Assembly (NCBI GenBank): GCA_030833925.1
Contig: JAURGE010000008.1
Location: 6,617 to 70,616, forward strand
DNA length: 64,000 nucleotides
Reading direction: 5' to 3'
From: Alphaproteobacteria bacterium
GTDB lineage: Bacteria > Pseudomonadota > Alphaproteobacteria > Bin95
Shown piece by piece: positions 29,590 to 39,683 of this stretch. A program made the position numbers and the translations under genes. Position 1 is the stretch's first letter, and each line of letters starts with the position of its first letter. The notes beneath the pieces were generated by a model that worked only from the letters and a program-made list of their open reading frames with translations, made no database searches and had not been told where the DNA came from.

Positions 29590-31649
29590 CTTGGACGATT
29601 GGTGTCGATGTGGGAGGCACTTTTACCGATTTCCACGCGCGCAATGAGGCCACAGGTAAAGAAATTGTATTTAAGCGCCCTTCAACCCCTCATGACCCTG
29701 GCGAGGCAATCCTTAAGGGCCTGGAGGAAATGGAACAGGCACATGACCTGCATCTGACCGAGGTCGAGAGGATTGCTCATGGGACTACTGTAGCTACTAA
29801 TGCACTTATTCAAAGAAAAGGTGCACCCATCGCTGCAGTTGCAACCAAGGGCTTTAAGGATTTGCTTGAGATAGGTCGCCAAGTGCGGCCTCACATGTAC
29901 GATCTCAATCTCGATAAGCCTGCGCCTCTCGCCAGTGAAACAATGCGGTTTGAGGTTGCTGAAAGGTTAAATTGGCAAGGAGAGGTGGTTACCCCTCTCA
30001 CCGACGCGGAAGCGACAAAAGTGGCTCAAGAAGTCGTGAATAGCGGCGCAGAAGCAGTGGCCATCTGCTTTTTATTTGCATACCTCAACCCTACGCATGA
30101 GAGAAAATTACGGGACGCGATCCTTACCTTGAAACCAAACATGCGCATATCACTTGCATCCGATGTGCAGCCTGAGTTTCGGGAATATGAAAGGTTCCAA
30201 ACAACCGCGATAAATGCCTATCTTCAGCCCTTGTTGGCTAGTTATGTGGAGCAGCTGGCCAAAGGGTTAACCAATAGCGTCGGTTCCGCAACTCTGGGGA
30301 TCAACCAGTCTTCAGGTGGCTTAATGTCTGCAGAAAGGACAGCTGCATTTCCAGTTCGCACCGCGTTGTCTGGTCCCGCTGCTGGGGCAGTTGGAGCTGC
30401 GCACATTGCACGTGATGCCGAACGTCCATTCGTTATTACCCTGGACATGGGAGGAACATCGGCTGATGTGGCCTTGATTACTGATGGCGACACCGAAATT
30501 ACCTTTCAACGGGATGTTGCCGGCTTTCCTATTCGGCTCGCGATGGTAGACATCGATACCGTCGGCGCTGGAGGTGGCTCTATCGCCTGGTTTGAGCGCG
30601 ATGGACTATTGAAAGTAGGTCCAATCAGCGCCGGCGCTGTGCCAGGTCCAGCCTGCTATGGGCAAGGTGGTACGGAACCAACGGTAACTGATGCCAATCT
30701 CGTCTTAGGCCGATTGTCAGAAGCAGGCCTATTGGATGGCACCCTGCCTTTAAATAGAGAGTCAGCAATCTCTGCTGTACAATCAATTGCAGACCGTATC
30801 GGCGTTTCTTTGGAAGAAGCATCCCTCGGAATACTGGCAATAGCTGTTTCCAATATGAGCCGATCAGTGCGTCGAATGTCGGTTGAGCGAGGGCACGACC
30901 CCCGCGATTTCACTCTAATGGCGTTCGGTGGCGCTGGACCGTTACATGCAAGAGATGTGGCGGCAGAGCTTGGCATGTCCGAAGTTTTAGTCCCGCCCGC
31001 GCCAGGGATTGTCTGTGCGCAGGGCTTGCTCGTGTCGGACCAGAAAGAAGACTTTGTAGCGAGCGTACGTCTACCTCTGACAGAAGGAGCAATGTCAGAG
31101 GCAGTCAAAACTATCTCTGAACTTACAGAGAGGGCCCATTCCTGGTTTAAGGCTGAGCGCCTCCCAGAAGGGGGCAGATCTATGCAATTGTCTTTAGATC
31201 TACGCTATGTTGGTCAGAACTTTGAGCTAATTGTCCCAGCGGCATCGGGGCCTAATCTTACCTCTGACGACCTCCCCGACGCCAAAACCCTCGTCACTCT
31301 GTTTTTCGCCGCTCATGATCGCGCCTACGGCTTTCACGATAAAAACGCGCCCGTTGAAATCATAAACTTCCGAATGACAGCACGTGGACGGCTTTATGAT
31401 CCATCTATGAAATTAGAGTATGAACAGAACGCCCGCTTACCCTTGCCTGAAAAAACGCGTCCTGTTTGGTTCGATAACTCTGAAGCCATCGAAACACCTG
31501 TTTATCGTCGTGAAAAACTACGTCCCGGCGTTCGGTTTAAAGGGCCCGCAATTATAGATCAGCTAGACGCCACAACACCGATATTTCCTGGAGATAAGGT
31601 CGAAGTTCTGGCTGAAGGCTCCATTCTAATCCAGCTGAATGGAGAATGA
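29586..31649 (+). CDS. hyuA: Hydantoinase/oxoprolinase family protein, A subunit (HyuA-like)
   Basis: 687 aa. N-terminus WTIGVDVGGTFTDF is typical of hydantoinase A/acetone-carboxylase beta/oxoprolinase. Confidence 0.85.
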   Translation: MTWTIGVDVGGTFTDFHARNEATGKEIVFKRPSTPHDPGEAILKGLEEMEQAHDLHLTEVERIAHGTTVATNALIQRKGAPIAAVATKGFKDLLEIGRQVRPHMYDLNLDKPAPLASETMRFEVAERLNWQGEVVTPLTDAEATKVAQEVVNSGAEAVAICFLFAYLNPTHERKLRDAILTLKPNMRISLASDVQPEFREYERFQTTAINAYLQPLLASYVEQLAKGLTNSVGSATLGINQSSGGLMSAERTAAFPVRTALSGPAAGAVGAAHIARDAERPFVITLDMGGTSADVALITDGDTEITFQRDVAGFPIRLAMVDIDTVGAGGGSIAWFERDGLLKVGPISAGAVPGPACYGQGGTEPTVTDANLVLGRLSEAGLLDGTLPLNRESAISAVQSIADRIGVSLEEASLGILAIAVSNMSRSVRRMSVERGHDPRDFTLMAFGGAGPLHARDVAAELGMSEVLVPPAPGIVCAQGLLVSDQKEDFVASVRLPLTEGAMSEAVKTISELTERAHSWFKAERLPEGGRSMQLSLDLRYVGQNFELIVPAASGPNLTSDDLPDAKTLVTLFFAAHDRAYGFHDKNAPVEIINFRMTARGRLYDPSMKLEYEQNARLPLPEKTRPVWFDNSEAIETPVYRREKLRPGVRFKGPAIIDQLDATTPIFPGDKVEVLAEGSILIQLNGE

Positions 31650-31652
31650 ACG

Positions 31653-33242
31653 ATGCGAGAGCTTGATGCGATCGGCTTAGAAATTCTCTCCAATGCTCTA
31701 AAATCGATCAATGACGAGTGTTTTGTAGCTCTAATGAAGGCTAGTTATTCAACGAACATAAAAGAACGGCACGACCATTCGACCGCAATCATGAGTGCAA
31801 ATGGTGAGTTGATTGCACAAGCTGATATGAGCTTACCAATCCATGTTGCATCCATGAGTGGATTGATGCGCTGCCTGCTTGAAAAATATAAATCCGATAT
31901 TCACGAGGGTGACATTTTCGTTGCTAATGACCCCCATACCGCTGGCGGCACCCATCTGCCCGACGTTAACTTTGCTGCCCCAGTTTTCATAGACGGTGAG
32001 CTCGTTGGCTATGTCTGTAACATAGCCCACCACGCTGATATTGGTGGGATGGCAGCAGGGTCCATGTCTGGGGGCATGACTGAAATTTATCAGGAAGGTC
32101 TTAGGATCCCGGTAACCAGGATTGCTCGGCACGATGAAATAAACCAAGAAATTCTGGATATTTTTCTCTTAAATGCCCGAGCGCCTCAGGAGCGCCGTGG
32201 TGATTATTACGCCCAAATAGCAGCTGCTAAACTAGGTGTTCGTCGTCTCAATGAGTTAGGACGTCGATACGGTGCCAAGCTCTTGCGAGAGGGCTTCCAG
32301 CAGTTACTCGCCCGCTCTGCTAACCGCATGGCGCTTGCCCTTAAAGAAGTGCCCGACGGCGTTTATCAATTTGAAGACTTCATGGATGACGATGGTGTCG
32401 AAACTACTGACGTGGTCTTAAAAGTTCGCATTGAGGCAAAAGCTGGAAAGCTTACTTTTGATTTTACTGGAACAGCGCCGCAAACAGCTGGCAACATCAA
32501 TATGACTCTGAACGCCACTCAATCAGCCGTCATTTTTGCAATCAAATCTCTACTTGATCCTGAAGCACCAAATACTCAGGCCGTAATTGATTGTGTTGAT
32601 GTAATAGTCCCGGAAGGTACAGTTGCGAGTGCAGTCTTTCCAGCATCAGTTGCTGGTCGCGCTCATACATGCCAGAGGGTAATCGATGTTGTTATGGGAG
32701 CCCTCGCTCCAGCTTTACCAAACCTTGTACCAGCCGCACCAAACGGAGCTAATACGATGGCGGTTTTCTCAGGCATCGATCCCCGATCAGGACAACCTTA
32801 CGTCTATTTAGAAACAATCGGCGGTGGCGCTGGCGGGCGACCAACAAAACCAGGTAAGGACGGCGTGCAAACGGGCATCACCAATACATCCAATCTGCCA
32901 GTTGAAGCCATAGAAAATGAATATCCACTCATGGTTCTAGAATATGGACTCGCACCCAATTCAGGCGGGAAAGGTAAGCACCCTGGAGGTCGAGGGATAA
33001 GACGAATTGTAAAACCTATCGGCCATCGATGTGTTTTTAATGGCGTAGGCGAAAGGTTCCGTAATCCACCCTGGGGACTCGCTGGCGGCGAAAACGGCGG
33101 CAGAGGTCGTTTTGCAATGCTCGATCAGCAGTCCAATGAAGCTCCCCTTCCAGGTAAAACCGGAGACAGGATCATAGCGGATGGGGGAGCTGTGTTGATG
33201 GACTCACCAGGAGCTGGCGGATGGGGGCATCCTAAAAATTAG
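31653..33242 (+). CDS. hyuB: Hydantoinase B/oxoprolinase family protein (HyuB-like)
   Basis: 529 aa. IKERHDHSTAI and NDPHTAGGTHLPD motifs of the hydantoinase B family. Lies 3 bp after hyuA. Confidence 0.85.
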   Translation: MRELDAIGLEILSNALKSINDECFVALMKASYSTNIKERHDHSTAIMSANGELIAQADMSLPIHVASMSGLMRCLLEKYKSDIHEGDIFVANDPHTAGGTHLPDVNFAAPVFIDGELVGYVCNIAHHADIGGMAAGSMSGGMTEIYQEGLRIPVTRIARHDEINQEILDIFLLNARAPQERRGDYYAQIAAAKLGVRRLNELGRRYGAKLLREGFQQLLARSANRMALALKEVPDGVYQFEDFMDDDGVETTDVVLKVRIEAKAGKLTFDFTGTAPQTAGNINMTLNATQSAVIFAIKSLLDPEAPNTQAVIDCVDVIVPEGTVASAVFPASVAGRAHTCQRVIDVVMGALAPALPNLVPAAPNGANTMAVFSGIDPRSGQPYVYLETIGGGAGGRPTKPGKDGVQTGITNTSNLPVEAIENEYPLMVLEYGLAPNSGGKGKHPGGRGIRRIVKPIGHRCVFNGVGERFRNPPWGLAGGENGGRGRFAMLDQQSNEAPLPGKTGDRIIADGGAVLMDSPGAGGWGHPKN

Positions 33243-33380
33243 ATTACATAAAAAAACCATCACGCCGCGTTGAAGCCTGCCTCTGCAATCGGCAGTAATT
33301 TTATAAAACAAAAAAGCTGCATGCTTGCTCATTTGAATAGCCAGAGATAGCTTCGACTTGTTGAATAGTCGGAGCTAAAA

Positions 33381-33869
33381 ATGTCTCAGCGGTATTTCCC
33401 AATTTCATGGGATGAATTGCACCGTGACGCTCGCGCACTTGCCTGGCGACTTATGGAACTTAGCCCTTTTGATCGTATTGCGGCCATAACCAGGGGCGGT
33501 CTTGCACCTGCAGCCATCATTGCCCGTGAATTAGATATCCGATTAGTGGATACAATTTGTGTTGTCTCTTACCGCGAAATTGAAGGGGAAAAGGCCGAAG
33601 AACGTGGTGATATAACCATTCTGAAAGGCTTGGATGGAGATGGGACGGGATTACTTGTGATTGACGATCTCGTTGATAGTGGCGAAACAGCCAAGACAGT
33701 CAAACGGATGTTGCCAAACGCCCACTTAGCGACGGTTTATGCTAAGCCAGCTGGACTCGCAGTTGTCGATACGTACGTCACGTTAGTCAGCCAAGATACA
33801 TGGATTGTCTTTCCGTGGGATGAGGGAGAAACGATCGCGAAAGCACATGCAGCGGGCAAGCGCCCATAA
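33381..33869 (+). CDS. gpt: Xanthine-guanine phosphoribosyltransferase
   Basis: 162 aa. Closely resembles E. coli Gpt ([17 protein letters not shown]..., [16 protein letters not shown]-binding motif, [17 protein letters not shown]). Confidence 0.85.
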   Translation: MSQRYFPISWDELHRDARALAWRLMELSPFDRIAAITRGGLAPAAIIARELDIRLVDTICVVSYREIEGEKAEERGDITILKGLDGDGTGLLVIDDLVDSGETAKTVKRMLPNAHLATVYAKPAGLAVVDTYVTLVSQDTWIVFPWDEGETIAKAHAAGKRP

Positions 33870-33876
33870 ACCACCT

Positions 33877-34128
33877 CTAGTACCTTTTGGCTCCCACGTA
33901 GATACAAGCGATCTCCTCATCGCCCAGTGCACGGCTAGCTTCCAAGCGATGCAAACCTTCTACCAGGATGACTTTTTCCCCGTCCTGACGAACCTGGATC
34001 GGGATTTTTAACCCCTCTTCCATAACACTCTCTGCCAATTGATCGACTTTCGTCTGATCCAACGTACGCTTCCGCTTAGCCGGAACATAAACATCCGCGA
34101 TAGCAATCGTCTTTGTTTCCATCAACAA
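33877..34128 (-). CDS. Small ParB/Srx-like N-terminal-domain protein, hypothetical
   Basis: 83 aa. ILVEGLHRLEASRALG resembles the ParB-N 'GxxRxxA' box. Convergent with gpt with a 7-bp gap. Confidence 0.4.
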   Translation of the reverse strand: MLMETKTIAIADVYVPAKRKRTLDQTKVDQLAESVMEEGLKIPIQVRQDGEKVILVEGLHRLEASRALGDEEIACIYVGAKRY

Positions 34129-34175
34129 CTCCCCTCTGCAAACATGCTAACGCTCATCGCGCAATGAAGCGACTA

Positions 34176-35207
34176 CTATGACTCTCCAAAAGTTGTTGGC
34201 AGCCCGATGCTTTTGAGGATGCGTTCCACGCCTTGAGGTGCGGTAATTTCACTCGCACATACCGCTCTGTTAACCTCTTTGAGTAACGTTTGAATTTCGT
34301 TCTGGGCCAAGTAACCACGAAGAAGGCGCTCCTCTAACATTGCGCGCATCCAACCACCTTGTTGATCCTGACGCCGTCGATCAAAACCTCCGTTTTCGAT
34401 CATAATTTTTCGGTGACGATCAATCTCTCCCCAAAGGGCATCGAGGCCTTCCCCTGAAATACCACTGCATTTCACAACCGGAGGAGACCAGTCTTGTGAA
34501 ACGGGCACCATGATATGAAGTGCCGCTGAATATTCCCGCCTAGCTGCCTCTGCTCGGGATGCATTATCACCATCAGCTTTATTGACGGCAATCATATCTG
34601 CTATTTCAAGGAGGCCTTTCTTGATACCTTGAAGCTCATCGCCAGCCCCAGGCAGCATAAGTGCCAGAAAAAAGTCCGTCATATCAGCAACGGTTATTTC
34701 TGATTGACCAACTCCTACAGTCTCTACCAGTACCACGTCATATCCGGCAGCTTCCATTACAACCATGCTCTCACGGGTTGCCCGCGCGACACCACCAAGT
34801 GTTCCGGATGAAGGCGAAGGTCGAATGAATGCCTTCGGATTAGCCGCAAGGTTTGCCATCCTAGTTTTGTCGCCAAGAATACTACCTTGGGTTCTTGATG
34901 AAGTTGGGTCTACAGCCAGGACAGCTACTTTTCTGCCTGCATTTATAAGGCGTTGACCAAGCCCTTCGATAAATGTGCTTTTTCCTACGCCAGGTACGCC
35001 CGTGATGCCAACGCGATAGGACTGACCCGCATGGGGTAAAAGACGGCGAAGCATCTCCTGAGCCGACTGACGTCGAGAAGGATTATTGCTTTCTACAAGA
35101 GTTACAGCCCGGCCAATAGCGGCCCTGTCACCAGCCCGCACACCATCTACCAGCTCTGAGACCGTCTTCTCGTAGCGTTGACTGGGTGAGTTTGGTTCGG
35201 ACGTCAT
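34176..35207 (-). CDS. meaB: Methylmalonyl-CoA-mutase-associated GTPase MeaB/ArgK
   Basis: P-loop GVPGVGKST, G3 DVVLVETVGVGQSE, NKAD G4 motif. Start placed at ATG 35207 (MTSEPNS...). The longer ORF to 35441 reads through a tRNA gene. Confidence 0.85.
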   Translation of the reverse strand: MTSEPNSPSQRYEKTVSELVDGVRAGDRAAIGRAVTLVESNNPSRRQSAQEMLRRLLPHAGQSYRVGITGVPGVGKSTFIEGLGQRLINAGRKVAVLAVDPTSSRTQGSILGDKTRMANLAANPKAFIRPSPSSGTLGGVARATRESMVVMEAAGYDVVLVETVGVGQSEITVADMTDFFLALMLPGAGDELQGIKKGLLEIADMIAVNKADGDNASRAEAARREYSAALHIMVPVSQDWSPPVVKCSGISGEGLDALWGEIDRHRKIMIENGGFDRRRQDQQGGWMRAMLEERLLRGYLAQNEIQTLLKEVNRAVCASEITAPQGVERILKSIGLPTTFGES

Positions 35208-35226
35208 CACCTTTTTACTGACATAA

Positions 35227-35301
35227 AAGGGAACGATGGTGGGCGCGACTGGGATTGAACCAGTGACCCCTGCCGTGTGAAGGCAGTGCTCTCCCGCTGA
35301 G
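35227..35301 (-). tRNA. tRNA-Val (anticodon CAC), CCA encoded
   Basis: Hand-folded cloverleaf: acceptor GGGCGCG/CGCGCCC, D-arm GCTC-AGCGGGA-GAGC, anticodon stem CTGCC/GGCAG with loop TTCACAC, T-arm ACTGG-TTCAATC-CCAGT, 3' ACCA. Confidence 0.85.
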
Positions 35302-35432
35302 CTACGCGCCCGATTGCACCGGGTTGCAAGGATTGCGGATAAGGCATCGTAATTATTACCGTCAATTATGTGGCTTTTAGCTTTGCCTGTTAAAATTAAG
35401 CAATATCGGCATTTCGTCCAGGCCGAATTGAA

Positions 35433-36317
35433 GTGCGTCAAGCATCTACTTCGATGGAGATTTATTTCATGATCAGTGGGAAATTACTTCTTGTGGCCTT
35501 GCTGATAATGGCCTCACCGGTTGCAGAGGCCGCGAAGTTAATCTCAAAAGAAGGACGATTTTCATACTCCGGTTACATTGGTGGTTTAAAGATTGGGACA
35601 GCTAGCGTTGATGTTGCCATGGACGACAGCAAATACGCCGTTGAACTCAAGATGAAAACTGGTGGTGTAATTGGATGGTTTGTCGAATGGCTTCATAGAT
35701 CATCAGCTTTCGGATTAGTTCAGGATCAAGGCAATTTTCCGTTATCACCAAACGCGTATCGCAACCAAAGTGTATGGGAAGAGAAGGAGCGACTTCTCGA
35801 GATTATTTTTTCCTCGGGTAATGCAAAAATCCTTCTTGCTAATCCTCATCCTATCGATGACGAAAGACGCGAGCCAATTCCAGAGGAAAAACGACAGAAT
35901 ACGGTCGATCCACTTACAGCTCTTATTGGAGTGAGTCGGATGATTGAAGAAAAGGGAACCTGCAAATCTACCTTCGATATATTTGATGGCAGACGACTTT
36001 TTCAGCTTCGCATTGAAGATAAGGGCATAGTAAAAACTTCTAAAAATCGCTATGCGCCGTTTGGTGGCGACGCACGACGTTGCGATTTCGCCTTCAAACA
36101 AACGGCTGGGTTTAAGCGCTTAAAAGAAGAAAAACCAAATAAAGGAAGTTTCTACTTCAGGCATGTTAATGATCATTCTGTTATCATGCCCATTAAGGTA
36201 AAAGCGGAATCAAATTATGGCGACCTCATAATCCATTTAAGAAATGTTGAGAGCATAGGTCCTGAATTTATCAAAAAAATAACCCGACAATTTTCTGACG
36301 CGGAAAAAGCTCAATGA
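35433..36317 (+). CDS. DUF3108-like secreted protein, hypothetical
   Basis: Signal peptide (MISGKLLLVALLIMASPVAEA; probable start at 35469). About 280 aa with lower GC. Family call from memory of alphaproteobacterial DUF3108 proteins. Stop overlaps the ltaE start. Confidence 0.5.
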   Translation: MRQASTSMEIYFMISGKLLLVALLIMASPVAEAAKLISKEGRFSYSGYIGGLKIGTASVDVAMDDSKYAVELKMKTGGVIGWFVEWLHRSSAFGLVQDQGNFPLSPNAYRNQSVWEEKERLLEIIFSSGNAKILLANPHPIDDERREPIPEEKRQNTVDPLTALIGVSRMIEEKGTCKSTFDIFDGRRLFQLRIEDKGIVKTSKNRYAPFGGDARRCDFAFKQTAGFKRLKEEKPNKGSFYFRHVNDHSVIMPIKVKAESNYGDLIIHLRNVESIGPEFIKKITRQFSDAEKAQ

Positions 36318-37336
36318 TCAACCTCTTTAGCGACACTCAAACGAAGCCCTCGGCAGCTATGCGCAAGGCCATGTTAGAGGCAGAAGTTGGGGACGAACAA
36401 AGAGGCGAAGATCCAACCGTTAACGAACTCTGCGAACGCGTTGCAGACCTTTTGGGGAAGGAGGCTGCAGTCTTCCTTCCCTCAGGCACAATGTGCAACG
36501 AAATTGCATTGCTCGTTCACTGCCGCCCAGGCGATGAAATCCTGTGCGATAGGACCTCACATATCCTCAACTATGAAGCAGGCGGTCCGGCTGCATTGGC
36601 CGGTGCAGTTATGACTCCAATCGATGGCGAACGAGGAATTTATTCAGCGGAGCAGCTTAAGGCTGCTATCCGCCCGGAACACCGTTACGGACCACGTACA
36701 CGCGTTGTGGAAATTGAGAACACGGCCAATATGGGGGGCGGCCGCATCTGGCCAATGCAGACGCTTAATGCTGTCACCGACGTTGCAAAGGAAAATGGTC
36801 TGATCGTTCATTTGGATGGTGCAAGATTAATGAATGCAGTGGTCGCATCGGAGATTTCGGCAAAGGACTATGCAGCCGGATCCGACACTGCGTGGATTGA
36901 CTTTTCAAAGGGTCTTGGCGCGCCAGTGGGTGCTGCACTGGCAGGCTCGAAAGACTTCATAGAAGAGGCGTGGCGATGGAAGCAGCGCCTTGGTGGCGCT
37001 ATGCGTCAAGCTGGAATCATTGCTGCGGCCGGGCTGTATAGTTTGGACCACCATATCCCCCTGCTAGCAGCGGACAATGAAAATGCTAAAATTTTTGCTG
37101 AGAGAATTGCTAACAGCACTAGATTTGCGATTGATCCTACGACAGTCGACACAAACATCGTCATTTTTGAACTCGCCAACGGCGAAGACGCACAAGTCTT
37201 TTGTAACAGACTAGAAATTGAGGCGGGCGTTCGGATTGGCGCCATTGGCCCATCAACCTTACGCGCTGTCACACACCTGGACGTGAATAAAAAATCTGTA
37301 GTTGCAGCTGCAGAGCTCTTACTGCTTATGAGCTGA
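36314..37336 (+). CDS. ltaE: Low-specificity L-threonine aldolase
   Basis: 340 aa. GTMCNEIAL and DGARLMNA...FSKGLGAPVGA (PLP-lysine region) typical of the threonine aldolase/GLY1 family. Confidence 0.85.
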   Translation: MINLFSDTQTKPSAAMRKAMLEAEVGDEQRGEDPTVNELCERVADLLGKEAAVFLPSGTMCNEIALLVHCRPGDEILCDRTSHILNYEAGGPAALAGAVMTPIDGERGIYSAEQLKAAIRPEHRYGPRTRVVEIENTANMGGGRIWPMQTLNAVTDVAKENGLIVHLDGARLMNAVVASEISAKDYAAGSDTAWIDFSKGLGAPVGAALAGSKDFIEEAWRWKQRLGGAMRQAGIIAAAGLYSLDHHIPLLAADNENAKIFAERIANSTRFAIDPTTVDTNIVIFELANGEDAQVFCNRLEIEAGVRIGAIGPSTLRAVTHLDVNKKSVVAAAELLLLMS

Positions 37337-37548
37337 TCTAAATGAGAAGACATCGCGAGAGATGCAGTAGTTAACCTGTGAAGGGTGTTGTTCATTTACG
37401 CTTAAACTAATGGACTAGCCTTGAGAGATTGACGCAATGAACATATGTCTGCAGGCCTAACCATTTTGGGGCGCAATTCCGCCCAAAGGCATCTCAACAG
37501 CAATGCTGTGATTTACAAACTATTACCTAAGGTCCTATATCCCGCGTC

Positions 37549-38406
37549 ATGTCTGACTCAAACTCCCCCTTAATGACTCCGTTTGTAAAAATGCACGGGC
37601 TAGGCAACGATTTTGTTGTCATAGACGCCCGCGACCGTGCCTTTCAACCGGATAAGGCACTAGCAGCCGCAATTGCTGACCGCAGGCTGGGTATTGGTTT
37701 CGATCAGATGTTGGTGATGCGCCCTCCGCGGGATCCACGCGCCGATATATTCATGTCGATATATAATGCTGATGGCGGAGAGGTAGAAGCTTGCGGCAAT
37801 GGCACCCGCTGCGTTGCTCGGCGGATAATGGCTGAGAGCGGGAGGTCCCGGGTAATCGTTGAAACTGTTGCTGGCCTCCTTGACGCCCATGCTGCACCTG
37901 AGGGTCAGGTAGCTGTTGATATGGGCTACGTCAGAACTGATTGGAGTGAAATTCCGCTTAAGGAAAGCTGCGATACACTCCATGTTCCACTAGAGCTTGG
38001 CCCCCTTTCTGACCCTGTTGCTGGTAATGTGGGGAATCCGCACGCTACATTTTTCGTTAATGATATTAATGAAATCGAACTCTCAAAACTCGGCCCGGTA
38101 CTGGAACACCATCCAATCTTCCCACAACGCGCAAATATAGGCGTTGTAGAGGTGATAGATCGAAATCATGCTCGCTTGCGGGTCTGGGAAAGGGGCGTTG
38201 GCGAGACCAAGGCTTGTGGCACTGGGGCTTGTGCAGCAGCTGTTGCTCTTGCGCGGAGGAATTTAACTGAACGAGAGGTCACAATAGACCTCCTAGGTGG
38301 CTCTCTTGAGCTTTCATGGCGCCCAGATGGCCATATCATCATGACCGGTCCTGCCGCATCTAGTTTCGTTGGAGCGTTCGACGTAGTAGAGCTAATGCGT
38401 CGATGA
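37549..38406 (+). CDS. dapF: Diaminopimelate epimerase
   Basis: KMHGLGNDFVVID N-terminus, and catalytic cysteines in the GNGTRC and CGTGACA motifs. Confidence 0.9.
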   Translation: MSDSNSPLMTPFVKMHGLGNDFVVIDARDRAFQPDKALAAAIADRRLGIGFDQMLVMRPPRDPRADIFMSIYNADGGEVEACGNGTRCVARRIMAESGRSRVIVETVAGLLDAHAAPEGQVAVDMGYVRTDWSEIPLKESCDTLHVPLELGPLSDPVAGNVGNPHATFFVNDINEIELSKLGPVLEHHPIFPQRANIGVVEVIDRNHARLRVWERGVGETKACGTGACAAAVALARRNLTEREVTIDLLGGSLELSWRPDGHIIMTGPAASSFVGAFDVVELMRR

Positions 38407-39683
38407 ATGAAACACTCACCGAACAATCAGCTGCGAAGGTTGAAACCTTCGGCTGTCGTTTAAATGCCTACGAAAGCCAGGTAGTCCGAGAGCACCTGGA
38501 AGCGGCCGGGCAACGCAATGTTATTGTGTTTAACACCTGCGCCGTGACAGCAGAGTCCGAGCGACAAGCCCGACAGGCAATCCGCCGCGCCCGCCGCGAT
38601 AGACCCAACGCCAAGATAATCGTCACTGGTTGCGCTGCTCAGATAGCTCCTGAGACGTGGGCATCGATGCCCGAAGTAGATCGAGTTGTGGGTAATCTTG
38701 AAAAGATGACGGCGACCACCTGGACTGACACCGCCTTAGCGGATGGCAATCTTGTTGTTAGCGACATCATGCAAGCAAAAGAGACTGCAACGCATTTAAT
38801 CTCCGGTTTTGGTGGTAAGGCTCGAGCATTCGTTGAAATTCAACAAGGATGCGATCACCGATGCACGTTTTGCATAATCCCCTACGGGCGCGGAAACAGT
38901 AGAAGCGCACCTGTAGGAGTAATAGCGCGCCAAGTTCAGTCACTTGTTGAGGCGGGAGTAGCTGAAGTTGCCTTCACCGGTGTTGATATAACTTCGTACG
39001 GCACTGATTTGCCTGGGAAACCCTCGCTCGCTCAACTCACACGCCGAGTTCTCGCGCAAGTGCCTGATCTAAAGCGCCTTCGTCTTTCTTCTATAGACCC
39101 GGCAGAGGTTGATGATGATCTGATACGCTTGATTGCTGAAGAACCAAGGCTTGCAGGTCACCTTCATCTGTCGCTTCAAGCTGGTTCTGACTTGATACTA
39201 AAACGGATGAAGCGGCGGCATTTGACCGAAGATGCTGTTCGCTTGACGGAACGTGTTCGCGAACTCCGCCCCGATTTGGCATTGGGCGCCGACTTAATCG
39301 CTGGATTTCCAACCGAGACTGATGAGTTGTTTCAACACACGCTTAACCACGTGCGCGAACTCGATCTAACCTGGCTACATGTATTCCCCTATTCTCCACG
39401 TCCAGGTACTCCTGCAGCAAGGATGCCGCAGAATTCTCGCGAAATTGTAAAGAAACGCGCAGCCATTCTGCGTGAACTGGGCGGAGTACAGGCCTCAAAA
39501 TATCTAAAAAATCAGATAGGAAAGAAAGTTCGTCCTGTTATGGAAACCGCCTATCGAGGACGCACTGACAGCTTTGCTGAGATTGAGTTAGACACTCCTA
39601 TGTCAATCGGCGCGATGCCACTAGTTCAAATAACAGACGTGCGGGAAGGTTGTCTTCTTGGAACCATGGAGACTGCCTTATGA
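38403..39683 (+). CDS. mtaB: tRNA (t6A37) methylthiotransferase MtaB (radical SAM, MiaB-like)
   Basis: N-terminal MTTase domain (FGCRLNAYES). Radical-SAM CDHRCTFCIIP. C-terminal TRAM-like region. Conserved position between dapF and ftsY. Confidence 0.85.
   Translation: MNETLTEQSAAKVETFGCRLNAYESQVVREHLEAAGQRNVIVFNTCAVTAESERQARQAIRRARRDRPNAKIIVTGCAAQIAPETWASMPEVDRVVGNLEKMTATTWTDTALADGNLVVSDIMQAKETATHLISGFGGKARAFVEIQQGCDHRCTFCIIPYGRGNSRSAPVGVIARQVQSLVEAGVAEVAFTGVDITSYGTDLPGKPSLAQLTRRVLAQVPDLKRLRLSSIDPAEVDDDLIRLIAEEPRLAGHLHLSLQAGSDLILKRMKRRHLTEDAVRLTERVRELRPDLALGADLIAGFPTETDELFQHTLNHVRELDLTWLHVFPYSPRPGTPAARMPQNSREIVKKRAAILRELGGVQASKYLKNQIGKKVRPVMETAYRGRTDSFAEIELDTPMSIGAMPLVQITDVREGCLLGTMETAL

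Noticed and set aside
33243-33380. Possible terminator after hyuB (ctgcc-tctgcaatc-ggcag)
   Set aside because: The 5-bp stem is too weak and the trailing T-tract is interrupted.
34176-35441. 421-aa ORF as the full-length MeaB
   Set aside because: Its N-terminal 78 residues include a translated tRNA-Val gene. The real start is ATG 35207.
35302-36317. Genomic island integrated at tRNA-Val
   Set aside because: The tRNA 3' end faces meaB, 20 bp away. The lower-GC DUF3108 gene is on the 5' side and overlaps ltaE. No integrase or att duplication was seen.
37337-37548. 212-bp ltaE–dapF intergenic region as an SRP (4.5S) RNA or other ncRNA locus
   Set aside because: No GGAAGGAAGCAGC-type SRP domain IV motif. 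Only a weak inverted repeat (ttgttcattta/caatgaacata). Nothing supportable.
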